From contig NC_068981.1 of NCBI RefSeq assembly GCF_001194135.2, positions 42,718,628 to 42,782,627 on the forward strand: a DNA stretch of 64,000 nucleotides, read 5' to 3'. Positions 26,711 through 40,562 of this stretch are shown piece after piece. How positions within the stretch are numbered: the first letter of the stretch is position 1; the number at the start of each line of letters is the position of its first letter. A program made the position numbers and the translations under genes. The notes below the pieces were generated by a model. It made no database searches. It was not told the origin of the DNA and worked only from the letters and a program-made list of their open reading frames with translations. Origin of the DNA: Octopus bimaculoides. Taxonomy: Eukaryota.

Positions 26711-26805
26711 GTCTGTTTGTCTGTCTGTCTGTCCGTCCGCCTGTAGGTACGTACGTATATATGTATGTATTTATGTATGCGTGTATACACTTGTATACAC
26801 ATACC

Positions 26806-27132
26806 CTTTGCCTCTTACTTGTTTCAGTTACTGAACTACGGCCATACTGGGGCACTGACCTGAAGGTTTTTATACAAAGGAATTGACACAGTACTTATGT
26901 TTTTAAAGCCTGGTGCTTATTCTAGCGGCCACTTTTGCCGAATCACAGAGACCTAAACAAACCAACACTTTATCAAGCGCTTGCGGGATACAAGCACAAA
27001 TGCAAAGACACATACACACAAGTTTTAATCTATCCGGGGCCATAGTAGAAGACACTGCCTAAGGTGCCACGCAATGGAATTGAACCAGGAACCATGTGGT
27101 TGAGATGCAAACCTTTTACCACGCGGCCATTC
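26806..27132 (-). mobile_element. SINE family A (diverged, internally deleted)
   Basis: ttacttgtttcagt tail, atagtagaagacac..aaggtgccacgca, gaaccatgtggttg, ttttaccacgcggcca head. Confidence 0.75.
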
Positions 27133-30100
27133 TTATAATATTATTTGGTGTTGATTAGCAATTTAAAACATATACATAATTCTATCTTTTTTATGAACAT
27201 TTTTGTGGATCTAGTTTAAACTAGGTCCATTTCTCGTCTACTTGTAAGGTTCAATTATCAACTTCTGCGCTAAGCAACCATGTATTTTTTTTTTTGTTTT
27301 CACATTTAGCAAGAATGCCACAAACAACTTCTATATTCGTATTAGTTTAAATCTATGCGTCAAACTTTCCCGAAATATCAATGGCTGATCTATCAAATTA
27401 TTTTAGCTTGAAATTACAGTTTCTTAATTTTACTCTTTCAAAGCCATCCAGATGTTCTGATATATCACAGTTATCAGACTGTTAGTGTCAGCTTCTTCTT
27501 TACGTTAGCAATGTTGAGTTTAACTTTGACTTTTGAAATATTTTTAGACCAATTTCATAAATGTTTGCATTTAAATTTCTTCATTTCAAATTCCTAATCG
27601 GATTTGAGTGTTTTATTTTGGTTGCAGAGAGGTAGAATTTATTTTCATTATATCTTTTGTTGATTAACTCAGGTTTTTTGTGTAGAATGTCTGTTATTTC
27701 AATTAAAAGTTGTAATTTCTTCTCGTTGCAGATACTACTGAAAGTATTTGTGTTAATGAATATACATGCTATTGTAAGCTGCGCTGAATCATGAGTTTTT
27801 AAATAGGAATCTCTCTGTGTTGTGATGCACAGCTATACACACACGTGTATATTTATGTATAAATGTACACACACAGACACACACACACACACGCACACAC
27901 ACACATGGAACTGCATTTAAAAAGTATATCCATTCAGAGCGATACCCTAGCATGGCGACAGTTGAATTACTGAAACAAGTTAAACCACAAAAGGATGCTC
28001 TACTCATAATAACCAACTGAAATTACAGAAGTATCTTGCGTCCTGGGTAACAGAATAAAATTGCCCTTATACATACAGCCACGCATGGAGAAACTGAATT
28101 CAACATGCTAGCATTCATATATATATATATATATATATATATANNNNNNNNNNNNNNNNNNNNNNNNNNNNNNNNNNNNNNNNNNNNNNNNNNNNNNNNN
28201 NNNNNNNNNNNNNNNNNNNNNNNNNNNNNNNNNNNNNNNNNNNNNNNNNNNNNNNNNNNNNNNNNNNNNNNNNNNNNNNNNNNNNNNNNNNNNNNNNNNN
28301 NNNNNNNNNNNNNNNNNNNNNNNNNNNNNNNNNNNNNNNNNNNNNNNNNNNNNNNNNNNNNNNNNNNNNNNNNNNNNNNNNNNNNNNNNNNNNNNNNNNN
28401 NNNNNNNNNNNNNNNNNNNNNNNNNNNNNNNNNNNNNNNNNNNNNNNNNNNNNNNNNNNNNNNNNNNNNNNNNNNNNNNNNNNNNNNNNNNNNNNNNNNN
28501 NNNNNNNNNNNNNNNNNNNNNNNNNNNNNNNNNNNNNNNNNNNNNNNNNNNNNNNNNNNNNNNNNNNNNNNNNNNNNNNNNNNNNNNNNNNNNNNNNNNN
28601 NNNNNNNNNNNNNNNNNNNNNNNNNNNNNNNNNNNNNNNNNNNNNNNNNNNNNNNNNNNNNNNNNNNNNNNNNNNNNNNNNNNNNNNNNNNNNNNNNNNN
28701 NNNNNNNNNNNNNNNNNNNNNNNNNNNNNNNNNNNNNNNNNNNNNNNNNNNNNNNNNNNNNNNNNNNNNNNNNNNNNNNNNNNNNNNNNNNNNNNNNNNN
28801 NNNNNNNNNNNNNNNNNNNNNNNNNNNNNNNNNNNNNNNNNNNNNNNNNNNNNNNNNNNNNNNNNNNNNNNNNNNNNNNNNNNNNNNNNNNNNNNNNNNN
28901 NNNNNNNNNNNNNNNNNNNNNNNNNNNNNNNNNNNNNNNNNNNNNNNNNNNNNNNNNNNNNNNNNNNNNNNNNNNNNNNNNNNNNNNNNNCAGTTGAAAT
29001 AGGTACTTAAGTTGAAGCATCAAGTCAGTCCGATGTTATCCGTACAGCTCGAAGATGAATAAAATCAAAATAAGCAATAGGATATCAAGAAGTGATGCAG
29101 TACGGCCGTTTCAAGCCACTCTATTTAATATGTGTGTGTGTGTGTATGTGTGCGTGCGTAAGATAGGTCAGCAATTTGTGAGGAGTGTGTTGGTCGGTTA
29201 TACAGTATGTAAAGAGTAAATTTGACCTCAACAGGATCGAAACCCAGAGAACATAAAGTGAATACGAAGAGACATTTTATTCGACGTTTCTATCGAGGCG
29301 AATATCACCACCTATCAAGCTGAAACAACCGTATATGTGTGCCTATTTGTGCTGTGTATGCGATGCTTATATATTGATTTATATATTGATAAAAATGCGT
29401 TTCGCTGCTCTCTTTCTCTCTGTCTTGGTCTGTCTGTGTGTGTGTATGTGTGTATATACATACATACACGCATACATATATATTATATATATTTATGAAT
29501 GTACGCATATCATATATAGAGAGAAACATAGAGATAAACTGACAGATAGATAGATGTAGATATATATATGCATACATATATATTAACATGCATGTATATA
29601 TTCTTTGAAGCTTAAATTTTCTTGTAGGCAAATCTGTAATGAACTGGTATGCTGTACAGCAGGAAGCGCAAAGGCTGATGTTACTACATTGTTGATTCTG
29701 TTAAATAAAAACACTATAAGATCCTGTAAACCGTGACACTTTCAATTAGTTCGAAAATGCAGGAAAACAAAGCACAACAACAACAAAGCCGAACCCACAG
29801 GTATGACTTCAGTCATTCGTTGTTCATTGACTAAATTTACTGTCGATATTGCTTAAATCTAATAGCGACACACCTCACTACATATCGATTAGATAGAACA
29901 CGATTTCTTTAAGTCTTCACTTGGTGCTACTATAATATATTGATTCTCCAATGTTATAACCCTCTCTCCTTCAGATTTGGTTGGGTTCTTTTGGTGTGAC
30001 ATTGGTGGAAAGAAATAGAAATACTGTGGAGAGCTGAAATGATACAGAGATACAATTTCTATTAAAGAAAAGTAAACCTTTTACTAGAGTATTTTATACA

Positions 30101-31241
30101 TAAAAAATCTAGATATTCGGCAGACGTTTAACATAGTTTTAGAAAGAGACAGCTTAGAATTTATGTACTCAGTAATATATTCACTGCTGTCTCTTTACTT
30201 ACGAGACTATATATATATGTGTGTGTGTGTAGAGGGAGAGAGAGAGAGAGAAAGATAGATAGATATACAGACAGATAGATAGGTATGTATGTGTGTATGT
30301 ATGTATCACTCAGTCAATAAGTGTAGTTTTTGAAATTGGATGAAAGAGCAGCCCAGAGGAACTGATTAAATTTACTCCGAGCAGTGTTATAATAAAAAAT
30401 TAGAATGACACTTAAAAGCAACCTATAGAGTAAAAGTTAATTAAGTTAAAGAAAGAAAACTATGTCGATTTGACCTTTCTGTAAGGTCAACAACAGAGAA
30501 GACAAGAATAGAGATTGAGAGATACAGAGATTGTGATAAAGGAATACATTCTGAAAACGTGACTACGAGAAAGTGAGAGGTTATTAGTGGAAGGCAAATG
30601 ATAGCTGAAACCCTCTATGCTGTCGGTTATATGAACAAAATTATATACAACTAAAATCATTTAGATCTTCTCTAAGCATATGTCTCCATATAGAAGATAT
30701 AAATGAGATACAAAAGATAATTTTCTGATGATTTTGTTGTAAGTTTTCTTTAAGAAACTGAATAAATATATTTTCTTCTTCAGAATTTTTTTCTTTGAAA
30801 AAGAGTGATGTTGTTATTTTCATTAAAAAAAGAGTAATGCTGTTTGTTGAGATGCGAATGTGCGATAAACAACTTTGCTTTGCAGTATAATCCTATTTTC
30901 AAATCTGCGTTCAAATTTCACCAGAGTAGACATAAATACAAGTAGTACTTTCTTGTCACTACAATCAATTATGCATTTTCTCCTGTCTATATTTGTGCTT
31001 GTATTTTTTTATATTGGTTTCAGGCATTGAACAGCGGCTATACTGGGTCATCAACATCAAAGGGTTTTACTCAATTATATCGATCCATTAATTTATCTGT
31101 TGCTTATTTAATTGATCTTGTAAGATACGAAATGTAATGGGGATATTAACCAAGGAAAAGATAACTCGGTCAGAGTAAACACAGCACACTGTTTCCGTTC
31201 GAATGTACTGGTTTTTGTTTACGTGACTCCTCTGATATAAG

Positions 31242-31291
<50 letters not shown>

Positions 31292-31457
31292 CACATACAC
31301 AGACGCACACATACACAAACACACGCACTCACGCGCACATGCTCACACCTGTAACCACAGCCACCTACCTACAGCCGCACTCACCCACCTCTATGAATTT
31401 ATGTATGTATATATGTAGATAGATAGATGAGAGATAGATGTATGTATATGTGTGTGC

Positions 31458-31498
<41 letters not shown>

Positions 31499-31975
31499 AA
31501 CGGTATATATATATAAACAATTTCTCTCCACCACCTCGCTCGCAAAGCAGTGATGGACTTGATACTATGATGGAAGACATACGAAGTAGTGCCACGCATT
31601 GCGATTAAGCCTAAATCTAGGTGGTTATTAATTGCTCATGCATATTCACCCATTATTTATTTTTCCTTTCTATATTGTTTACATGGGCGTATTCGCTTAC
31701 GAAACGTCGTAACTTGCGGTGCTGACTCTGAACTCTATAGAACAAGTATAGACATACAATTAGAAGTGAGAATATCAAAATGCTTGCACAAGGTAAGACA
31801 GTAATGATTTGTAAACTTGTAATATGTAGTGCAATATACTTGGTCGAATATTATGGTTACAAAACGGAAAGTTCCTCTCCTTGCCAGCAATTAATATACG
31901 TGTGTGTGTGTATGAATGTGTGAGTGTGTGTGTGTGCGTGTGTGTGCATGTGCGTGTTCATTTGTGTGTGTGTGT

Positions 31976-32149
31976 TATTTCTTTACTATCCACAAGGGGC
32001 TACACACAGAGGGGACAAACAAAGACAGACAAACGGATTAAGTCGATTATATCGACCCCAGTGCGGAATTTGAACTCAGAACGTAGCGGCAGACGAAATA
32101 CCGCTAAGCATTTCCCCCGGCGTGCTAACGTTTCTGCCAGCTCGCCGCC
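31976..32149 (-). mobile_element. SINE family B, tail type 2, with internal deletion
   Basis: Tail tatttcttta..cacaagggg..acagacaaacggattaagtcga is joined directly to gcggaatttgaactcagaac and the head. Confidence 0.85.
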
Positions 32150-32189
32150 TTATGTGTGTGTGTATGTGCTTGTCTGTGTGTGTGTGTGT

Positions 32190-32800
32190 GTGTGAGACGA
32201 AACGATCATTTGGTAAGAGCATTACTCATCTCGGTAGTAAGATTCATAGCGTCATTAGCTGCGAGTCTCAAGTCCTAAAAAGACTTGGACGAGCTGGTGT
32301 AGTCGTTGACTCATTGGACAAGGGTATTCAATACCCCTCCATATCTGTCCGGGAGGACAAAGTTTAGGGTCTTTAGGTTTCTGGTCCTCCTTCTCCTGCT
32401 TTATGTTTGTAAGACTTGGGTATCGTACGGAACCCTTAAAAGCTGTCTGAAAACCTTTGGTACCAGGACGTTTCGTAGGCTTGTGGATTACCATTGGTCG
32501 GATTTCGTATCCAACCAATGTCACTGCTCAGGAACTGGGATGCATCCTGTTACTTGTGAGATTCAGAAGCGCCACCTCATTGCTTGGCCATTTACTGAGG
32601 AGCCTGCTGGGTTGATGGCACGTGTTGGTCAACCACATGGCACATGGTTAATGGCACGTGAGCGGGTATCTTGCAGAGATGGAGACTGACTGAGACTCTG
32701 ATCAACGGATTGCCCAGGAGGAACCAGGTATATACCAACAAATGGTGAATATAGCAACACACTGCAACGGTACATGCCTTAACACCTGATCTGACATAAT
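32190..32800 (+). mobile_element. RTE-clade LINE 3' portion (decayed RT C-terminus)
   Basis: SITHLGSKI, RTKFRVFRFLVLLLLLYVCKTW, TFGTRTFRRLVDYHWSDFVSN, PVTCEIQKR; 3' end acctgatctgac. Confidence 0.8.
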
Positions 32801-34000
32801 TCAATCGTATTGATAAGCTGGGATCATATCTTACCCTGACTGAATTTTCTCTTCAGCTAAATAGAATCAAGAAAATATTTACCAGCAATATTCATGAGTC
32901 AATGCAATCGGCATAACACTTTCCTTGCATACACTTCCATAGCATGTTGTGCAAAGAAATATGTATTTGTTGCATACAAAGTCATGGACTATTAGCAAGA
33001 TCTAATTTCACAACAGAACAACTTCCACTCTCAACTATCGTAATTTAATATAAATTGCATCATTATTAGTTGTGGAAAGCATAACCATCATGCTATATCA
33101 TTTTACCTCTTTCTCTATGAAACTGAATTTCAAGCGGTATCTCTAAGCATATAGATAGATTCTGGACTCCTGATTGGTAAACTCTTTCATTTGGAGTTCC
33201 ATTTAGTTCCTGTTACTTTGGCTCATTTTTCTTCTTCAACTTTTAAAGTTCATTTGATATCTATCATGTGCTTGATACTCCCAAAAATCAATAATTATTC
33301 AGCAATCATGTTTACCCATTCCACCTATGTAACTCATCGTATCTTTCCGTGAAATCGCCATTGAACGAGTGTTTCTATCAAGAGAGTTGCTCTCCTGTAA
33401 CATGAACCAGTTGAGAACTTTGATGAAGTATTATTGTTGAATTTCACGCCAAGAAAGACCTTGACTATAACTATCATGAGAACTTTCTTTGGTTTCATAA
33501 CTTGACACTAAATGTCTCAAAAGTATTTAATCTGACAGCCAATCATCTCAGACTGCATCAGTGTGATGTGTCGATGGAGCTTTCATCAACAATTACTCTG
33601 GCGTATCCTAGCAATAGCTAATATATCCCATATTCAGTTTTCAGTACATGAAAACTAACGAGTTGTCCAACTAATCAAACACACTCCTATGCAGATAGTA
33701 CCATTGTTTCTGCTTCCTTCACCATCTACGCATAGATATTGTTCAAACCTAACACCTCAAGTCAGCCATACACTATAGATATTAATCTTCATAATTTCTA
33801 ATTATCTCTCAAGGAAACACCTACTTATATTGCAGAACAATGTTAAATCAAAAAGGCGATAGATTCATTAGATTTAGTAGTTACTTCAGCACATACTAAT
33901 CAACTGTAAAGCTAAGGTAAGGCTCATATCAGTATATCGTACTGATATATATGGAAGGACATTGTTTCCAAAAAGAAGCTTATCGGCAGAGTGACAGATA

Positions 34001-34199
34001 TTATTTTCTACTCTAGGCACAAGGCTCGAAATTTTGTGGGAGGAGCCAGTCGATTAGATCGACCGCAGTACGCAACTGGTACTTAATTTATCAACTCTGA
34101 AAGGATGAAATGCAAAGTCGACCTCGGCGGAATTTGAACTCAGAACATAAAGACAGACGAAATACCGCTAAGCATTTCGTCCGGCGTGCTAACGTTTCT
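34001..34199 (-). mobile_element. SINE family B, tail type 1, missing the first ~14 nt
   Basis: ctaggcacaaggctcgaaatttt tail; aaagtcgacctcggcggaatttgaactcag; ends at gctaacgtttct. Confidence 0.9.
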
Positions 34200-34425
34200 T
34201 ATTTCTTTATTGCCCACAAGGGGCTAAACACAGAGGGGACAAACAAGGACAGACAAACGGATTAAGTCGATTATATCGACCCCAGTGCGTAACTTATTTA
34301 ATGAACCCCGAAAGGATGAAAGGCAAAGTCGACCTCGGCGGAATTCGAACTCAGGACGTAGCGGCAGACGAAAATACCGCTAAACATTTCGCCAGGCGTG
34401 CTAACGTTTCTGCCAGCTCGCTGCC
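34200..34425 (-). mobile_element. SINE family B, tail type 2 (full length)
   Basis: tatttctttattgcccacaagggg tail through gctaacgtttctgccagctcgctgcc. Confidence 0.9.
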
Positions 34426-36510
34426 TTCAGATTGAGAAATACTGACTTTCAAGTACGTTTCATTCAATAGATCTCGAGTGTAATGCGTTTTCTCTGTATC
34501 TTTACTGCTTCTACTAAAACAGTGCCACTCCTTTGCACAAGCTATCTGCATACCCCACAGCATATATTCTTTCATCCACAGTCCTATGGCTTTCATCTCC
34601 CAGATCTACATTAACATTTCTGCCAACCTTTCCTCCATTCTCTATAAACTGAAACACACGTCCCTGATTTTCCTTTAGACACCGACTGCATATTTACTTA
34701 AAATTTGAACATTAACTGCGTCAACTTCACTAGTCTATGAAGGGATTCAATTGTCATACACACTTCTTTTAATTGAGTTTGAAGTTAGAAGCGTGGTTTA
34801 TGGCTCTGAGCCATTTTGATGGTTACTTATATTACAATATGGCAAGAAATGCTACAAAAGCAGAGGAATCTCTACCAAATCATTCAAGAAAGCGTCTTAA
34901 AATAAAGCATCTCATTGCTCAATATCGTTTATTACCTAAGAAAAACATAGGAGTCACGACTGAAACGCATTTTATCCCACGTCTGCTCGACGAAGCATAT
35001 CCTGGAGTTAAAGAGCATTAAACAATAAACTTCGATACAGTCCATCGACCGACCGACTACATTTACAATCTAAAGATCAATTAAACCGTAACCTACCTAA
35101 TATTAGGGAATGTAGGCTCTGGTATGCGAAAAAAATGGGTATTCATGGCTGAAAATGTTAATTATAAAAAAGCACATTTGAAGGCTGATCTAAGTCTAAA
35201 AAATGGCTATTAATGTTTAAAAGAGAAATTTGCACTCCAGTAATTCACGACAATTCATATCTCATTTACCGTGTCAGAGCTATTTCGTAATTTATCCCTT
35301 GTATACATGGTATGATACATGGTAAATAACCACTGAATATACTGGAGACCAATGTCACTGATAAAATGCATATGTTCAATATATTGTGCTATAGCTCATA
35401 TGTATGCATGTATGTATATATGTATGTATCTATGTATGTATCTATGTATTTATGTATCTATGTATGTGCAGATTTGTATGTTTTATGTATCTATTCTCAT
35501 GCATATAGTTGCATATCTAGACATGTCAGAAAACAGCTTCAGGAGTTGTGAAGAACGAATTTGTACGTAGTCTGTTTCTGAGAGCTATTCTATTGAACCT
35601 CTGTCTAATCATTAAAACATTGACTTAATTATGAACATAGAAAGAAATTATACATTAATCCCTAGTTTTGTAAGCAGTTGTATTCGTAAATTTTTTTTAT
35701 TTGCAGAGAGCAGAAATTGAAAGAAGATATATGAAATCCGTGTGCGTGTGTATGTGTATGTGTGTGTGTGTGTGTGTATGTGTGCGTGCGTGTGTGTGTG
35801 TTTGTGTGCGTGCGTGCTTGCACGTGTGCATGTGAAAGAGAAATAGGGTGATAAAGGGAGATAGAGTGAGTGAGTGAGTGAAGGTGTGCGTTGTGATGAT
35901 TGACAGCTTTTAAAGTACACACACATACATAGAAAATCTTAGGTCATCGTATAAAATTTTTATGATAGTTGATTTATAGAAAAGATTATGTTAAATGTTT
36001 GAAATGCAAATATGTGAATGAAAATTAAGATCGGACCTCTACATGGTAGCTAGACCTGGTAGAATTAGCAGCCAAATCTCCCTCAAAACACCCTACTGTC
36101 TTAATCCGACAATTCTGCCCATTATGTAGTTTGAATGAGAAACTGTAACTAAATATTAGGATTATTAACCCCACGAAGAGCTGAAAGAAGAGAGACAGCA
36201 TAGCGAAAGTTTTAGCTGACTGTCATCCTGTACTCCTCTTGTTGGTAGCGAGATGGTATATGCCGGCTGTGTGAGCAACTGGTTGTTTTAATGGCGGAAC
36301 AAACAGGGGAGTTCCATTAGAAAAAGTTTTTATTCGATTTTCTCGGTAACTATGGAGGGCTAAGAAAAAAATACAAACTGCAGCACAATCTATGTACGCG
36401 TCTCCACACGTGTGCCATTTTCACGTGAATCCACCCAGCCGTTTGGCTGTGAACCTCAAGACAAGAAAGAATACAACGATCACCCATATCCAATTTATAT
36501 AATAGATATA

Positions 36511-36836
36511 TATGGCTCAGTGGTTAGAGCGTCGAGCTTACGATCATGAGGTTTTGAGTTCGATTCCCGGAACGGGCTGCGTGTTGTGTTCTTGAGCGAG
36601 ACACTTTATTTCACATTGCTTCAGTCCACTCAGCTGTAGAAATGAGTTGCAACGTCACTGATGTCAAGCTGTACCGGCCTTTACTTTTCCCTTGGATAAC
36701 ATCGGTGGTGTGGAGATGGAGGCTGGAATGCATGGGCGACTGTTGTCTTTCCACAAACAACCTTGCTCGGACTTGTGCCTCGGAGGGTAACTTTGTAAGT
36801 GCAATCCCATGGTCATTCATGACCGAAGGGGGTCCT
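36511..36836 (+). mobile_element. tRNA-derived SINE family C with CORE-like central block
   Basis: tggctcagtggttagagc (A box), gagttcgattccc (B box), gtgttcttgagcgagacacttta...cagctgtagaaatgag resembling the CORE domain; tail ends gaccgaagggggtc. Confidence 0.85.
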
Positions 36837-37259
36837 CGATATATATATATGTATAATTCGCACGTTTTTCTATTCGCAATTGTTACGACTCTTATTAGAC
36901 ATTTATTATAAGGATTAACCTGAATGATACATGGAAAGAAATCAATAATCTCATGCATTACATTATATTGCAAGATTAAAGGGATTGAATTAAGATGAAA
37001 TAGTTGTAAATTGAAATAACAAAATGACTTGCTCATTTCCTTCTTGTTAACCATTATCTATGCATATGTGTAAATATACATGTTTATATGCATTAGTTAT
37101 GGGATGCAATAAAATTGAGGCACATAAACATGTAGCCCGCCAGAAATGTTTACGGACAATAACAGGATTCACAGTGAAGTAAAACAATCATGAAGATATC
37201 AGGTATTAATAAGATACTTAGATAAACTTAGATAAAATTTAGATTTGTTTCGACCAAAG

Positions 37260-37596
37260 ATTGGTCCAGGTCACGTCTAACTTAATAGCACCACCTGATA
37301 GGATTATCTAAATCCTTTTTACAGTCAAGTTTGGTCTATGATCCATTCAAGTAGTGAGTTCTTATTGAGTGAGTTGTATCCAGGTATAGGTGGTGTGTCT
37401 GGTATTCTTTGAAGAAAGCTGTCTAGACTCCGTTTAAAGCTGATAGGATCCTTTTCCTCTTTTATCTGTTTCGGGACAATGTTAAACAGGGCAGGGCCTG
37501 TTGAGGAAAATAATTTATGCCGCAATGTACCTATACGTTGTGATTCTGAATTGGGCAGGGGACGTATGGCTCGTGGTCCCAGCCTTGGATGAACTG
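37260..37596 (-). mobile_element. CR1-group LINE 3' end
   Basis: GPALFNIVPKQIKEEKDPISFKRSLDSFLQRIPDTPPIPGY, typical of CR1-group RT termini. Confidence 0.75.
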
Positions 37597-38109
37597 TAGA
37601 TATGTAAGTACGAAATCCAATTTAAACTGTAGATCCGAGTTAGGGTTGGTGCGCCATAGGTATAAAAAATATAAACACATTTTCATACTTCAAACAAGTT
37701 ACCTAACAGGCTTCGAATACTACAATTTATCTCTTACTTTTTAGCTTCTCTTTATCCATATTCTGTAACGTTAAATATACTTCTCTCATTTAAATATTAT
37801 TTAAATCTCTAAATATCATTTAAATGATATGTCACAATATGTCATAGGCCTCCTGGCTGCACATTCTCATTGTATTTGTTTGTAACCTTTATATTAAATA
37901 ACTAGTAAAATATTTGATAAGCTAGAGTATGACCTCCTAACTCCCTATCATTCGTCTACACATTTTTATGTCTTGTGTATCTTTCTTTATATAATATTAT
38001 TTTGTTTTACATCTTTATATTTTATATAAGTATGTATAAATGTGGGCTGCGTGCGTGTTCATGTATATGTATACGTGTATATGTGCGTGCACTCACACGC
38101 ATGTGTATG

Positions 38110-38111
38110 TG

Positions 38112-38163
<52 letters not shown>

Positions 38164-38192
38164 TATATGTATGTATATGTATGTATATGAGG

Positions 38193-38226
<34 letters not shown>

Positions 38227-38263
38227 ACCTGTATATGTATATACGTAAATGTATATATTTGTA

Positions 38264-38295
<32 letters not shown>

Positions 38296-38296
38296 C

Positions 38297-38358
<62 letters not shown>

Positions 38359-38415
38359 ACATGTATATTTGTATGTGTATATAAATATATGTGTGTGTGT
38401 GTGTGTGTGTGTGTA
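38110..38415. repeat. Compound microsatellite (TA)n/(GT)n/(TATC)n
   Basis: Visible directly. Confidence 0.95.
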
Positions 38416-39334
38416 CGAGCGTGAAAAAACGATGGCAGTTTTATGACTTTCAGCTACCCTTAGGTTTTCTTTCTTTTGTCTCACTTAACTAACAAGATAT
38501 CTGCCTCACATTAATAACCTTCAGGAAATCTCATGGCTACAGCATCTCTGTAATGCTCGTGCATTCTCATAGCTTGCGCTGGTTATGAAGTAGCTTAGAT
38601 AAATGTTTGAAATGATGTTGTCGTTTTATCACTTTGCTTCTCAATTGCTCGTTACTGCCATTCCTACTAATTTTTCTATATATTCAAATGCTGTTTTCAA
38701 AATACCACTTATCCAACAATTTTGATTGGATACGTCAGAACAAGGTATTATGCCAACTGTTTGTTACCTGTTTAAAATTTTACCTGAAGAAGGTGGATTA
38801 TTTGTTAGGATTGTCGAAAGAATTGTCAATTTCAAACCCACGTGTGTCCCGTTTCACATGTATATATTATATATATATGTATAAGTGTGTGGTGGGCGTA
38901 TAAAATAAATGAAAAAAAATGTATGGTAAATAAAGAAACGACATAACGTATACAACCGGATGTGAGACAAACACAAAAGGTCCCTAATTCTTCATCAGTT
39001 TTCCAACCAATTGGTAATAATCATTTACGCACCATTAATGATAAGACTATGGCCTCCCGTATTAGCGGTGCCCGCAAACATTTTTTGTGGAGAATTCAGG
39101 GTCGAGAGCAAACAAAACAAAGCAAAACAACACAAGTGTGATTTAGGACGGTGGACAATGACGAACAGACGAGCAAAATACCGCCTTAGGAAGACAAAAA
39201 TAGTGGGTAACGCTTAGAAGATATCCTGAAGGATAGAGAACGGAGAGAGAGAGAATTTGTGACTGGTCAGCTACAGGGCCAGTGTGAGAAAGGGAGAAAG
39301 CTGGCCACGGTTCACGCAACAACAGCAGGCAGAA

Positions 39335-39466
39335 TCTTTTCCCTTTTACTTGTCTTAGTCATGTGGCTGCGGCCATGCTGGGGCACCATCTTGAAGGGTT
39401 TTAGTCAAACAAATCGGCCCTAGGATTTACTTCGTTTTTAAGCCTAGTACTTATTCTATCGGTATC
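39335..39466 (-). mobile_element. SINE family A tail fragment
   Basis: ttttacttgtcttagtc..gcggccatgctggggcacc..aagcctagtacttattctatcgg. Confidence 0.75.
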
Positions 39467-39605
39467 TTATATATATGTAAATATGTTTGTATGTATGTAT
39501 GTATGTATGTATGTATGTATGTGTGTATGTGCGTGTAAGTATGTATAGACACACACGCACGCACACACAAACACACACATTTACGCGCGCATGCACACAC
39601 ATGTC

Positions 39606-39760
39606 AGGCGCAGGCGTGTCTGTGTAGGTGCAGGAGTTGCTGTGTAGGTGTTGGCGTGACTCTGTGGTAAGAAGTTTGCTCCTCAACCACATGGTTCTGG
39701 GTCCAATCCCACTGCGTGGTACCACGGGCCAGTGTGCTTTCTACTATAGCCTCGGGGATG
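39606..39760 (+). mobile_element. SINE family A head with triplicated 20-nt start
   Basis: Three 20-nt units, then ggtaagaagtttgc...aaccacatggttctgggtccaatccc...ctactatagcctcggg. Confidence 0.8.
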
Positions 39761-39979
39761 AAATAGATGATGTTGGAGATGATAAACGTTGCAGTAGTAA
39801 GTGATTATTGCTAGATGACAGTAAACATTTGAATATCACAATACACTCATATTAATCATTGTAATAAGATATTCTCTCCACATTGTATCTTCGATACACA
39901 ATTAATTATTGTAGATTCCTAGCAGTGTCTTTCTGATGACAGAATTAAATATTAGTTACTATATACCAACTGCGTAGAA

Positions 39980-40196
39980 GCGAATAGCTTAATGGTTAGA
40001 GTGTTGAACTCATGATCGTGAGATTCTGCTTTCGATTCTTGGACTGGGTGACGCGTTGTCTTTTCAAGCAAAATACTTCATTTCACGTTGCTGCAGACTA
40101 CACAGCTGGTAAAAATGAGTAATCCTACGACAGAGCGACATCCCGTCCAGGGATGAATATATACGCCAGAGAAACCGAGAAACCGGCCATATGACC
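39980..40196 (+). mobile_element. SINE family D (family C head and CORE-like block, different tail)
   Basis: tagcttaatggttagag...tttcacgttgctgcagac..cagctggtaaaaatgagt, then aatcctacgacagagcgacatcccgtccaggg...gaaaccgagaaaccggcc. Confidence 0.7.
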
Positions 40197-40311
40197 ATTA
40201 TGAAGTAATATCGACGAACCATATACAAGTTACACACCTGATCCATAGTACATTATGATTCACAGAGCTGAATTTAGTATGTACTTTTGAATTTAGGATG
40301 TCATAAATAAT

Positions 40312-40475
40312 AGGCCCAGGCGAAGCTGTGTGGTAAGAAGCTTGCTTCCCAACTACATAGTTCCGAGTTCAGTCCCGCTTCGTGGCACCTAGGGCAAGTG
40401 TCTTCTATCATAGCCTCGGGCCGACCAAATCCTTGTGAACTGATTTTGGGAGACGGAAACTGAGAGAAGCTCATC

Positions 40476-40515
<40 letters not shown>

Positions 40516-40562
40516 GTGTTTGTGTCTGTGATTGTCCCCCACCATCGCTTGACAATCGATGT
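40312..40562 (+). mobile_element. SINE family A running into a gap
   Basis: gctgtgtggtaagaagcttgcttcccaac...gagttcagtccc...gccgaccaaatccttgtga...cccccaccatcgcttgacaa. Confidence 0.85.

Larger units (their letters stand above)
33330..34700 (+). mobile_element. Decayed CR1/Jockey-group LINE RT interrupted by a tandem SINE pair
   Basis: VDGAF..SGVS (cf. VDG..S..GVPQG), THSYADST (YADD); after the SINEs, an SLCIFY-like thumb segment. Confidence 0.5.

Noticed and set aside
36511-36580. tRNA-like sequences with A and B boxes (also 39980 and the family A/B heads)
   Set aside because: No complete cloverleaf or acceptor stem, and they continue into SINE bodies.
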